From Eledone cirrhosa (lineage: Eukaryota), in NCBI GenBank assembly GCA_964016885.1, contig OZ024747.1, positions 86,738,001 to 86,802,000 on the forward strand: DNA of 64,000 nt. The letters are read 5' to 3'. The notes beneath the pieces are model-generated. The model saw nothing but the letters and a program-made list of their open reading frames with translations, was not told the origin of the DNA and searched no databases. A program made the position numbers and the translations under genes. This document shows, one piece after another, positions 15,876 through 27,868 of the stretch. The first letter of the stretch is position 1. Each line of letters begins with the position of its first letter.

Positions 15876-17625
15876 GTGTGCGTGCGTGTATGTGTGTATG
15901 TGTGTGTACCTATGTATGTGTGTGTGTCTGTGTGTATATCTGTGCTTACGTTTCCTGTTTGTTTATGTCCTGTTTAAATGTAAAAAGACAAATACAATAA
16001 GTACGAAAGTACCAAGATAAAGAAAATTAAGTACTGCAGTCGATATGGTCAACTAAATCCTTTCAAGGCGGTCTTGCAGCATGTCCGCAGTCCACTGGTT
16101 AGAACCAGTAATAGAATATAAGTGTATAAAATGTATATGTAAACAAAGGCATTCAAGTTCGCGTGTCTTATGTTTCCCTTGAAGGCAGGTAGCAGTCACT
16201 GAGTTGCAGCAACAGCAGCAGTAGTAACGACATCAGTAATCAGCTGTTATGGCAGTAATAACTTGACTATAAACAGGAACCCGAAATAATGGAAATAAAG
16301 AGGCAGCAGTGGTGCTTTTAAACTGATGTATTCTCCGTCTCTTTCGTCGATGATTATTTAGCTGTTTGAGTATTTTGACATTGAGTTGTTGAGTATTCCA
16401 CATACGCTTAACGTAATTCTTAAGCTGTGTAAGCGTGTCATGAAAATATGTGGCACAGATGGGACTTTGAATTATGGGTACAATCCATCCGAAGAGCTTC
16501 AATACAGTTTCCAACTTATAAGGCTTAGTTCCATCCGAGAATTCAGAGGATAGGCTGAGGACAGGTGAACAGTTTCTCATATTATGGTAAGTGAAACAGG
16601 AATGAAAGTCTAACTTTAAAGGGGAAACATGTTTAAAATTTAAACCAAAGGAGAAGATTTGGAAACATGTAGGCGTGGAATAAAGAACGAAAGACAGGAC
16701 ATGAAAAATTGTGGAATGAAAAGATGAAGATGCTGAAGATGAAAGAAGAAAGAATAAATAAATGAATGAGATTTTGAATTTAAAAGATGAAAAACTTTTA
16801 AAGGGAAAAGTTGAAAAAGAAAGATACAAATATCAAAAGACAGCAAGGAAGAAGGTTCACATTTTAAAATGTAAGTTTGAAATGAAAAACAAAACTGAAG
16901 AAATTTAAACCAAAGAACAGTTTTAAATAAAAGGAAGAAAGGTGGAATGAAAATAAAATGAAGGAGCTTAAAATGAACAAAATTTGAAAAAGAAATGTAG
17001 AAAGATAGATAAAAAAAAAAGAAAAAAGTTGGAATGAAAAAAATGTATGAAAGTAAAAAAAGGAAAAAAAAAGGAAACAGAAGAACAGACGAGGAAATAG
17101 TTGAAAAAAAAAGCATGTAGAAAACAGGAGCTAAACCGTGAATGGATCAGCATGGCTCTCTACCTTGGCTCAGAAGTGGTGGTTTGAAATCAGAGAATGA
17201 GGGACTCTTAATAGCTGCACATGAATAATCTCTAAACACCCAGGCTTATAGACACAGAATAGTGAAAGATGGGACTAGCTCTCTATATCAAATATGTTGC
17301 AAATACGAAGAAAAGGTAGATCATGGGAACTGAAAATTATGTGGAAAGCCATCTCTGCAAGAAATACACAAAATAGTGGTGACATGCACTGTCAATGTCC
17401 TGAGAAGGGCATTATCAATTTCGTGCCCTTCCGTCATTATTTGTATACCCATTGATTGTATGATTTGGGAAAGAAACAGAATCCAAAGGAATTTTCAAAT
17501 AATAATAATAATATCAAGGTTGAATATTTATTAAGCTCTGTAACACGAAATAAATTTAAACAATATTCTCATGGATTTGTATAGTCTTAAACATCTTGAT
17601 ATACAATTATATAATATTTATACTG

Positions 17626-17672
<47 letters not shown>

Positions 17673-19678
17673 ATTACACGTTGAAACCTGTATATACACA
17701 TACATATGATGTGTTTATCTGTTCTTTATAATTGAGGTTAATAATCAATGTCATCTAATTATAAGTGGAACGTACTAAAGCAATTCATCATGATTTGAAA
17801 TAATCTCATATTTGTGCATGAGTAGTGAATGCTGACATTAAACAGTACAAGATATCAAATGTATAAAATTTGTTAGCCTTTTTCAGTCTCTTTATTAATC
17901 TTGCTCTAACTAGACTATATAAATATAATCAGTATTAATGTGATATTAAGTCATTCAATGTTAGTTCCAAACCAATACCGAATATTGACCAACAATATAT
18001 TCTGAAATAAATTAAAACTTGTTTATGCTTGCTTCCCGCCAAACATTTTGTGTTCAGTGTCATTTATGGATGTGTTCAACACGTATTCTTCAAAGAATCC
18101 CAATCGCTCTTCTAAGTAAAAATCTGTAACCTTAACTTATTAACTGAATAATAAATTTTGGCATAAGCAGTTAATTATGAATCATTCCCTCTTGTAGGGA
18201 TTTCTGCTCTTTATCTCTGCCAAATGTTGGTTTATTGATCTCACTTTTAACATCAAAGATGAACAAAGCTATCATTATCGGTCACTTCAGTTACAGCCTT
18301 CAATTTCGTTCCTTCTTCAATGTTCAGTAGAGATATATTCGGAACCATAGCGACGGGCATTTTGTCACGTAACATATTAATTACCGTTTCTTGCTTTGGA
18401 AATCTGGACGAAAGTAATATCGCTACCCTTTGCTTTGCCGAGTATCAAAAGTATCCGTGCAAAGCTTTTGAACTAGTCGGGCCATGTCCCACAAATCACT
18501 TGAGAGCTTCTTAAATAATTTCTAAACAGCATGTTTTAATGGAACCCTCTTTGTTTTTCTTTCTACGAACTCAGGCATTGTTTAAGAACAATAAAATCAA
18601 GTTTCTTCCTTAACTATTAAGGAATAATACAATTGGTCCCTAGATGCTATGCTTAACTCTTCACATAAAATCCTCTTCACATAAAAACCTCATTGTTGAA
18701 CAGTATTATGTCGTGCGGACGAATGCCGAAAACTAAAGTAGCTATATATATATAGCTATATGTTTATAGCTCTGGTATCTTCTTCAGATCCATGGAGCGC
18801 TTCTCAGCACAATATGGAAGTTGCGTTTCGATAATTTCTACCCGCCGAAATGCGATTCTCGCTAAATTATATTTGTATTAATCTCCCAAGTCAAGCGATT
18901 AACCAGTTAATTTCTTTTTGGCTTTTTAGTTATTCTATTGACTGATTAATCGCTTAAGTTTATTTTAAAAACAACTCGGTAGAGAGCTTAATTCGTTTTG
19001 TGCGGTTTTTGCAAATTTTTGCAATAACTACACATCCTGAATTCACTGGCCAAAATAGGGGTTTTCTCCCCTTAGATTCTCGCATGTGCTTTCATAACCT
19101 GCGAGAGCCTGCCGACAGAAGAACAAAAATCCGTTGAGAAAGCGATGCCTTGTTCGGTCTTTATACCAAAAGCTTATTTTTATAAGCAGACAGTATTATT
19201 GATTTAGGCGTTGCAGAAACCCAATTTCGGAGTATTCCCTCGTCCCCGAGGGTCCGGGTAAATATTTCAATCATATCTCATTTTGTTTGACCCGTTTAGC
19301 TTGTTCGCTTTTTTGGCTATGGTGGTTAATGGCTTCTTAACCAGCGTCTCAGCGTGTATGACCATTTTAACTTATGTTTATAGCTCTGGTATCTTCTTCA
19401 GATCCATGGAGCGCTTGTCAGCACAATATGGAAGTTGCGTTTCGCTAATTTCTACCCGCCGAAATGCGATTCTCGCTAAATTATATTCATATATTTCGTT
19501 TCTGAATTTGTTTAGCAAGATTCTTTATCTGAAATCGTGTGTTGAAACCGATATTGTTATACTTTGGGAGGGTCATGTTGCCAATAAGAAACACACGCAC
19601 CAGTTGCTTTCACTTCAATTTATTATATATTTATAAATTTATAAATCTACAAATCTACAAACTTATAAATTTCTGGTT

Positions 19679-19919
19679 AGTTGAACGAATAAATGAACAC
19701 TGGCGAGACCTTCAAGATAATAAAGAATCATCTGTACTCTACCAACATGCTAAGATAGAACACAAGGGTAAATTAGAGAACATAGAAATAAAAATAGAAT
19801 CCACACACAGAAAAGATGCAATGTTTAGGCAAATTACAGAGGCAGTAAGCATAAAAGAATTACAACCAAAATTAAATAGAAAATATGAGTGGAACAGCAA
19901 CATCACAACTTACAATTAA
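19679..19919 (+). pseudogene. C-terminal end of a Penelope-like GIY-YIG endonuclease
   Basis: ERINEH...SSVLYQHAKIEH...DAMFRQITEAVSI...LNRKYEW. Confidence 0.8.
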
Positions 19920-20123
19920 GGACAAAATGAAAACACACGCACACATAGAACAAACAACCAACCAACAACATGTAAATAAATAAACAAATAGGTAAATGAA
20001 CACAAACACACACAGACACCCGGATGTGGCGCATGCGCAAACTGAGCACACAACACACACACAGAAACAAAATGGCGTAGGACAGAAGAAAGGAAAGGCA
20101 CAGAAACAAGGAAAGGAATCCCC

Positions 20124-20168
20124 AGTCACTGAAGAGGTCACAGAGTGTGTGACGAAAGGACTATGACT
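20124..20168 (+). ncRNA. Minimal type I hammerhead ribozyme in a PLE pseudo-LTR
   Basis: AGUCA CUGAAGA G GUCAC-loop-GUGAC GAAA GGAC UA UGACU. Stem I is AGUCA/UGACU and stem III is essentially absent. Confidence 0.7.
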
Positions 20169-21823
20169 ATATATATAAACAACTATCTGGTTGTGGAACC
20201 AACCAACCAACCAGAAATTTATAAGTTTGTAGATTTGTAGATTTATAAATTTATAAATATATAATAAATTGAAGTGAAAGCAACTGGTGCGTGTGTTTCT
20301 TATTGGCAACATGACCCTCCCAAAGTATAACAATATCGGTTTCAACACACGATTTCAGATAAAGAATCTTGCTAAACAAATTCAGAAACGAAATATATGA
20401 ATATAATTTAGCGAGAATCGCATTTCGGCGGGTAGAAATTAGCGAAACGCAACTTCCATATTGTGCTGACAAGCGCTCCATGGATCTGAAGAAGATACCA
20501 GAGCTATAAACATAAGTTAAAATGGTCATACACGCTGAGACGCTGGTTAAGAAGCCATTAACCACCATAGCCAAAAAAGCGAACAAGCTAAACGGGTCAA
20601 ACAAAATGAGATATGATTGAAATATTTACCCGGACCCTCGGGGACGAGGGAATACTCCGAAATTGGGTTTCTGCAACGCCTAAATCAATAATACTGTCTG
20701 CTTATAAAAATAAGCTTTTGGTATAAAGACCGAACAAGGCATCGCTTTCTCAACGGATTTTTGTTCTTCTGTCGGCAGGCTCTCGCAGGTTATGAAAGCA
20801 CATGCGAGAATCTAAGGGGAGAAAACCCCTATTTTGGCCAGTGAATTCAGGATGTGTAGTTATTGCAAAAATTTGCAAAAACCGCACAAAACGAATTAAG
20901 CTCTCTACCGAGTTGTTTTTAAAATAAACTTAAGCGATTAATCAGTCAATAGAATAACTAAAAAGCCAAAAAGAAATTAACTGGTTAATCGCTTGACTTG
21001 GGAGATTAATACAAATATAATTTAGCGAGAATCGCATTTCGGCGGGTAGAAATTATCGAAACGCAACTTCCATATTGTGCTGAGAAGCGCTCCATGGATC
21101 TGAAGAAGATACCAGAGCTATAAACATATAGCTATATATATATAGCTACTTTAGTTTTCGGCATTCGTCCGCACGACATAATACTGTTCAACAATGAGGT
21201 TTTTATGTGAAGAGGATTTTATGTGAAGAGTTAAGCATAGCATCTAGGGACCAATTGTATTATTCCTTAATAGTTAAGGAAGAAACTTGATTTTATTGTT
21301 CTTAAACAATGCCTGAGTTCGTAGAAAGAAAAACAAAGAGGGTTCCATTAAAACATGCTGTTTAGAAATTATTTAAGAAGCTCTCAAGTGATTTGTGGGA
21401 CATGGCCCGACTAGTTCAAAAGCTTTGCACGGATACTTTTGATACTCGGCAAAGCAAAGGGTAGCGATATTACTTTCGTCCAGATTTCCAAAGCAAGAAA
21501 CGGTAATTAATATGTTACGTGACAAAATGCCCGTCGCTATGGTTCCGAATATATCTCTACTGAACATTGAAGAAGGAACGAAATTGAAGGCTGTAACTGA
21601 AGTGACCGATAATGATAGCTTTGTTCATCTTTGATGTTAAAAGTGAGATCAATAAACCAACATTTGGCAGAGATAAAGAGCAGAAATCCCTACAAGAGGG
21701 AATGATTCATAATTAACTGCTTATGCCAAAATTTATTATTCAGTTAATAAGTTAAGGTTACAGATTTTTACTTAGAAGAGCGATTGGGATTCTTTGAAGA
21801 ATACGTGTTGAACACATCCATAA

Positions 21824-23899
21824 ATGACACTGAACACAAAATGTTTGGCGGGAAGCAAGCATAAACAAGTTTTAATTTATTTCAGAATATATTGTTGGTC
21901 AACATCTCGACAACTATCCTTCATAAAGCTGTGCGCCACTTCCAGAATCTACACAAACACCATCAATACCGACGTTAGAAGATTACAACTCACCAAAAAA
22001 CAAGCAGATAGGCTAAAACGAACTTTAATTCTAAACATAAAAAAGAAGATCTATAGAGAATTAAGTCATCAAGAAAAACAAAAGCGTAACCTAATACAAG
22101 AAATAGCTAGAATCACCACACCAACAGAAAAACTAATATTTATAAGCCTTATACGCCCCGAAGAACAGTACATTACTCAAGAATGTGATAAGCACTTTAA
22201 CAGGAAACTAAAGTGGCTTAAACAGGCAAAGCTAAATCAGGATACTATAGAGTATACCAATAGATATCCCGACAAAATTGACGGTATCAACATGGCCGAC
22301 ACCTCATTATCAGAAGAGTTCAGCAACAAAAACACCAACATTTATGGGAACGCAAAAATAGATAATGATGAAATGTCTGTGTTATGTCTGCCGCCCAAAT
22401 TTGCGACATTCAAGAAGGTAAATATGATTAGTTGTCTGTCAGAAATAGAAAAATCATTTACAAAACTACGCTGGAGCATCAAAAACAAAAGCAACAATAT
22501 ACGCACACACATATACAACACACATCCCAACAACAACAGACACACAGACACAAACAACAATAACAACAACACACACATCAACAACAACAACAATAGCAAC
22601 ATACACAGAAACAACAACAACAACAGACACGCAGACACAAACAACAATAACAACACACACAACAACGATAACACACACGGAGACAACAACAACACACGTC
22701 AACAACAGCACACATCAACAACAACAACACACACGCATTCAATGCCTCTCACCACCACCACAATCTTAACAAACACACAGACACAGAAAACAAGTAATGA
22801 CAGTAGCACAGAAATCAGAGAAATAAGGGAAAGTAATAAGATTAAAAGGAAAAGGAGATGGGAGACTAAGGACAAAGAGAATAACCAAGACGAACACACA
22901 GACACACAAAATAGGGTAGATAACAACATTGAGCCAGTGGAAAGAGACAGGAGTAATTATGAGAGACATAGAAACAACCATGAGGCTGTTGGTGGAAATA
23001 GAAATAGAAACAACATAACTAACAATAACAATAGCACTAGTACACATAAAGCAGCAGCCTGGAACTCTCCGTTTTATAATCCCTCCGATAAATCATTCGA
23101 CCTGCGACGAGTCCACGCCACGACTTTACCATTTAACAAACGCACGCAGTTGCCGCCGCAGGTCGATGAACAAACAGAAGCACAATTTAGTATGGCTAAA
23201 TCTGAACTTAGAAATATTATAGAACAGTATAGCAAGAAGCATAATAGAATAGAGGCCCAGCAACTGGGAGAAAAATCTGCAAATGGCTTGCGTAAGCTCA
23301 TGCAGCGCTCACGTAATGGAGAGATAGCATGCTTTCCAACAGACAAGTCTGGCAGAATGTCGGTTGACAGCCTGCCAAACTACATCCAGGCAATGCAACC
23401 CCACATCACTAACACAAGAGAGGTAACACCACAGGAGCATGAGGATAGAGAAAAAGCCCTCAATGCCCATATGGTGATGTGGACGAATATAATGCAGCCC
23501 AACAAAAGGACTGCCAACAACTTCCAGGCCTGGAACAATGACGTGCCGGCGTTGTATGGGCTTCGAAAAGACCATAAAACGGGCTGTGACCATGTCGCGG
23601 GACCACCAACACGGCCAGTCTGTGGAGCTAACATTGCTAGTAACTACAGACTGTCCTACTTCCTCTCCCTGATCATACGCCCCATCATTGAGATGTCCCC
23701 AGATGTATGTGACAGCACGGAGGACCTCCTCAGCAGAATCGGCATGGGTAACCGATCTGGGGACCTAACAAACTGCATAATAGGCAGTATGGATGTTGTG
23801 TCCCTGTATCCATCTATTGACGTGGATTTTGCTGTGGAGAAATGCGTAGAAATGATCAGCGAGAGCAAGCTTGAGTTCCGTGACCCTCCCAAAGTATAA
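21824..23899 (+). CDS. Penelope-like element ORF: N-terminal region plus first half of the RT, truncated before the catalytic DD motif
   Basis: LCLPPKFA, KLRW, FPTDKSGRMSV, LYGLRKDHK, GPPTRPVCGA and IIGSMDVVSLYPSID. Contains an Asn/Thr-rich insert. The true start is uncertain. Confidence 0.85.
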   Translation: MTLNTKCLAGSKHKQVLIYFRIYCWSTSRQLSFIKLCATSRIYTNTINTDVRRLQLTKKQADRLKRTLILNIKKKIYRELSHQEKQKRNLIQEIARITTPTEKLIFISLIRPEEQYITQECDKHFNRKLKWLKQAKLNQDTIEYTNRYPDKIDGINMADTSLSEEFSNKNTNIYGNAKIDNDEMSVLCLPPKFATFKKVNMISCLSEIEKSFTKLRWSIKNKSNNIRTHIYNTHPNNNRHTDTNNNNNNTHINNNNNSNIHRNNNNNRHADTNNNNNTHNNDNTHGDNNNTRQQQHTSTTTTHTHSMPLTTTTILTNTQTQKTSNDSSTEIREIRESNKIKRKRRWETKDKENNQDEHTDTQNRVDNNIEPVERDRSNYERHRNNHEAVGGNRNRNNITNNNNSTSTHKAAAWNSPFYNPSDKSFDLRRVHATTLPFNKRTQLPPQVDEQTEAQFSMAKSELRNIIEQYSKKHNRIEAQQLGEKSANGLRKLMQRSRNGEIACFPTDKSGRMSVDSLPNYIQAMQPHITNTREVTPQEHEDREKALNAHMVMWTNIMQPNKRTANNFQAWNNDVPALYGLRKDHKTGCDHVAGPPTRPVCGANIASNYRLSYFLSLIIRPIIEMSPDVCDSTEDLLSRIGMGNRSGDLTNCIIGSMDVVSLYPSIDVDFAVEKCVEMISESKLEFRDPPKV

Positions 23900-23904
23900 C
23901 AATA

Positions 23905-23939
<35 letters not shown>

Positions 23940-23946
<7 letters not shown>

Positions 23947-24846
23947 ACATATTCTGGTATTTAGGGTTTGGCTATGTGTATACGGGAGTTTTGCGTCTGC
24001 GTGAGTATGCAGGTTCGTACGTATGGTGGGTGTGTGTATATGTGTACTTCTTCTTTTAGTTGACTGACGTCTCCGAACATTCGTGTATTTATATGTAGGT
24101 ATGTGTGTGCGCTTGTTATATACGTATTTATTTACTTATATACGTTTATATAATTATTTATTTATTTGTACACAAGCATACACACACACACATATCTATA
24201 TGTGCGTGGTTTTGTATACCTATGGTAAGGTTTTGCGTATGCTTGTGTATGTACGTATCTGTTTGCGTGTATGTATTTATTTGTTTATATTACTTCTGTA
24301 AAGTATTTATTTACTTTGTTCTTAACTCTGTAGTGGAGATTCATTTGGTCTCCTAGTTAGAATTTTAGTCTACGACTTCTGCTGTACCATTTACGTGGTT
24401 TTGTCTTTGCGTGCTATTGTTCTCCACGCTCCACATATGACTTATTATCTTCGTTTTTTCGTTCATTGCCAGAGAACGTCTCTATGCACCACCTTTTATA
24501 CCATAAACGTGGTTCTGTCTTTGCGCGTAATTGTTTTTCACCGCTCCTATTAATGACGTATTATTCGTTTTTTCCCGTTCTTTGCCAGCGAACGTTTCCA
24601 CGAACCAAAATATCGTCTTCCTGTCTTCCTCCGGTTGCAACGTTTTTTGAAATATCCAGTTCTGCGTTTACAGATTGACTTTGTTAGTTTCAGAAGATCC
24701 CGTTAAGGGTGAAAGCAGCGATTCTTTGCTTAAACTTTAATCTGTTATTATAATAAATATTTGCTCTACGGTTCTTATATATTTGATATATATTTTCCTT
24801 ATCGAGCCCTCTTTGGATTTTAGTCTTCAATTTTATTATTATTACT
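23940..24846 (+). mobile_element. 3' UTR and pseudo-LTR of a second PLE family (same family as 57555-58397)
   Basis: 24360-24750 matches the reverse complement of 57560-57840. Internal ~110 bp duplication; flanked by (TA)n. Confidence 0.75.
24686..24736 (+). ncRNA. Hammerhead-like motif with variant core CAGAAGA
   Basis: AGUUU CAGAAGA U CCC-GUUAA-GGG U GAAA GCA...UGC UU AAACU. Stems I, II and III can all form. Confidence 0.55.
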
Positions 24847-24948
24847 ATATATATATATATAACGAAGGAGGTGTGGTAAGGAACCAGATGGACCATAACG
24901 CACCAGAGTACTCAATACTTAGGGTAGTAGAGTGGGTAATAGGAAAAT

Positions 24949-25046
24949 GTTTAACCCCGACAGCAGAGCTCAAGCCGTTTCGACGGCTATTTCTGAGTCC
25001 AGAAATAGCCGTCGAAACGGCTTGAACTCTGCCGTCGGGGTTAAAC
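24949..25046. repeat. Near-perfect ~47 bp hairpin in a (TA)n-flanked element (family also at 29790-29920)
   Basis: gtttaaccccgac...ggctatttctg AGTC cagaaatagcc...gtcggggttaaac. Confidence 0.9.
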
Positions 25047-25063
25047 TGTCCCCCCCCCCACAC

Positions 25064-25129
<66 letters not shown>

Positions 25130-25144
25130 ATATATATATATATA

Positions 25145-25223
<79 letters not shown>

Positions 25224-25239
25224 ATATATATATATATAT

Positions 25240-25342
<103 letters not shown>

Positions 25343-25754
25343 AATTCAAACACACGGTTGCAATCACGCAGTTAATGAAACAACACCAAATTTACTACTT
25401 TGACAACGCCAGCAAACAAAAACATCAACAAGAGGCAGAATAATAAACGTTAATGCTGACTGGATCAGCACGAGAAAAAAACAATATACTACATGGAAGT
25501 ATACCATACAAAATACGATCTTCCATAATCAAATCACCTATCTGTTGTGTGACGCGATTGCACAAGAAGCTAATAAGCTATTTATCGCCTCTGAAATGTA
25601 GCATAATAGGTAATAAAATTGACTTGACAAAAATAAAAACTTCTTCCCTTCTTATAAATACTCTTTCGGATACCATATAGGGAACTATGACGTGAAGTGC
25701 TTAAATTGGAACACACTATAGATCGTTGACCTCAAATATCAACAACACACTTAC

Positions 25755-25869
<115 letters not shown>

Positions 25870-25874
25870 TGCAG

Positions 25875-26135
25875 AGACGAAAGGTTTCTCCTTCATTACG
25901 TTTATTGGTTGGTGACGTGCGTTTCGCTACTGATCAGCTCAAGATTCGATCTGTATTGATCTAGCCCAACTCTGGAATAAAAAGCTCGTCGAACCTCTGT
26001 CATTACTACTACAGAGGTTCGACGAGGTTTTTATTCCAGAGTCGGGCTAGATCGATACAGATTGAACCTTGAGCTGATCAGTAGCGAAATGCGCGTCATC
26101 AACCAATAAACGTAATGAAGAAATAACCATTCGTC
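25875..26135. repeat. Fold-back element, ~125 bp arms, each carrying a hammerhead-like motif with core UCGACGA
   Basis: Arms 25875-26000 / 26011-26135 surround a cattactact loop. Confidence 0.85.
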
Positions 26136-26309
26136 CTTGTATTATTATATTACACTCTGTCTAGCTCTACACCTCCATACTGACGTGAACCTAAACATAG
26201 AGTGCTCACCCGGGTGAACCTACAGAAACTCCGCGTTACACTACCTGAATATATATATATATATAAATAGAAAAAAATGAAACGAAATTTCATTTCTCAT
26301 GTATACATA

Positions 26310-26377
<68 letters not shown>

Positions 26378-27099
26378 TTAAAACAAAAAACAAAAACAAT
26401 AACGAAGAGTCCAATACAAACAGTGTTAGAATTAGTTTCACGTTTAAGAGGGGGGGGGGGACGTTTCGGGCATAAGCACCATGATATACATGATATACAT
26501 CAGGAGAAAAATGGGAAGGAAAAGAGTTCCGAGGGTGTGAGGGGGAGTGGTGGAAAGACATCAGGGGGGGGGGGGGGGTTAAGGGGAAGGAAATAAATTA
26601 AAAAGAGGGTAAAAAAATTAAACTGAATGTGTATTTTTATGTGAAGGTGTGAATTTATGTCGGAATATATGTGTATATGTTTGTAGTATATATATATATG
26701 CATGTATGTATATGAGTAAGTGCACCGGGGACACGGACAGGCTTTTGAAATAGAGATCTTAGCTTTAGGAAGTAATTCGTCATCGAAAAATGTCGTAATT
26801 ATATTTGTATCTGCTAGTCGAATACACTTAAATGCATTGATGCAGAAGCGAATTAGTAGCTTTTCTCAACATAACTGACATTTAGTTTTAACATTCAATA
26901 AGTTGGTGAAGATGCATGGCTTAGTACTTAGGGTGTTCAGCGCACTTTCGTAAGATCTTGATTTCGATTCCCGGTGTCTTGATATGTCCTTCAGCTGTGA
27001 ATTTCTTTAAAAGTACGCCTTTAAAAATTGTAACACATCAAAATGATAGCTTAATACCTTATCCTAAGAATGGTATATTTTGTGATTGTCTATGACACA

Positions 27100-27390
27100 T
27101 ATGAGCTGCGTTCGAAAAGTATCCTACTTTATTTTCCCCCACCATGGGAGATGATGCAGGTAGGCCACGTAACTTCCCGACTATTACGCATTTTCAGTGT
27201 TAAGGAGGTTGACTGGACGCATTGAGCAGCGATGTTGCATCAAGTTTTTCCAAAAGCTTTGTGATACTCAAGCTCAAACTATCCAAAAGATTCAACAGTC
27301 TTTTGGTGATGATGCCATGGGCAAAACTCTATTCTTCATGATGTTGTTGATGTTCTAACCATTGTTTTTCGAAACAGACATTCGGACACT
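27100..27390 (+). mobile_element. Mariner transposon relic (5' end and transposase N-terminus)
   Basis: IEQRCCIKFFQKLCDTQAQTIQKIQQSFGDDAMGKT at ~27220-27330 is typical of the mariner N-terminal HTH. A TIR-like tatgagctgcgttcgaaaagt lies upstream. Confidence 0.75.
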
Positions 27391-27785
27391 GTTACCTACA
27401 CAAATAGAAAAAAACTGAGACATTATTTGCAACAGATAAATCTTGAGCAAGCTAAAGAAAACCACAATACATATTTATAATGTATGATCACGTTATTTCA
27501 GCATGGAATTTTTCTTAGAGGACTGCAATGAGTCAAATTTCTTATGATTTTAAGTGTAAAACATCAGCTACAAAACAGCCAAACAACAAATATACACAAT
27601 ATTTAATGTAAATTACAGGGTTTCCTGTATATTCATTGACAGATTTAATCTAGTTTTTGTGAAGAATAAAATATGCTACAGAAGCTGGTTATCCAACTTT
27701 AAATCAGTATATATATATATATATATATATATAATGAAAAAGTTTCAAAATAAATTTTAAAAAATTGACTTTACCTACTATAGTT

Positions 27786-27868
27786 ACCTTTACCGATCGG
27801 TTTCGAATCCCAAAAATAAACGGAGACCATACGGCCTTCGTTGCAAAGAAAGATTCTCGTCAGAAGGT
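27786..27868 (-). ncRNA. Type I hammerhead ribozyme (copy 1)
   Basis: ACCUU CUGACGA GAAUC...GAUUC GAAA CCGAUCGG UA AAGGU. Palindromic stem III, GUA cleavage site. Confidence 0.85.

Larger units (their letters stand above)
17985..21902. repeat. Large inverted repeat, ~1.69 kb arms (17985-19678 / 20209-21902), 530 bp spacer
   Basis: Mirror ORFs are identical (18320-18514+ vs 21373-21567-; 19283-19636+ vs 20251-20604-). Paired coordinates sum to 39887. Confidence 0.95.

Noticed and set aside
16233-16829. 198 aa minus-strand ORF
   Set aside because: Low-complexity start, and the middle resembles an old SINE relic also seen at ~50840. No domain recognised.
20430-20500. GAAA...CUGAAGA arrangement suggesting a type II hammerhead (duplicated at ~21050-21115)
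   Set aside because: The cleavage triplet and stem I register do not fit, and the diverged copy at 29.6 kb lacks the CUGA.
21360-21865. Protein-like reading frames within the inverted-repeat arm
   Set aside because: Broken by stops and not assignable to any family by eye; would need tBLASTx or an HMM search.
26455-26506. Minus-strand CUGAUG...GCCCGAAACGUC hammerhead relic
   Set aside because: The core is disrupted by an insertion and no stem I partner is present.
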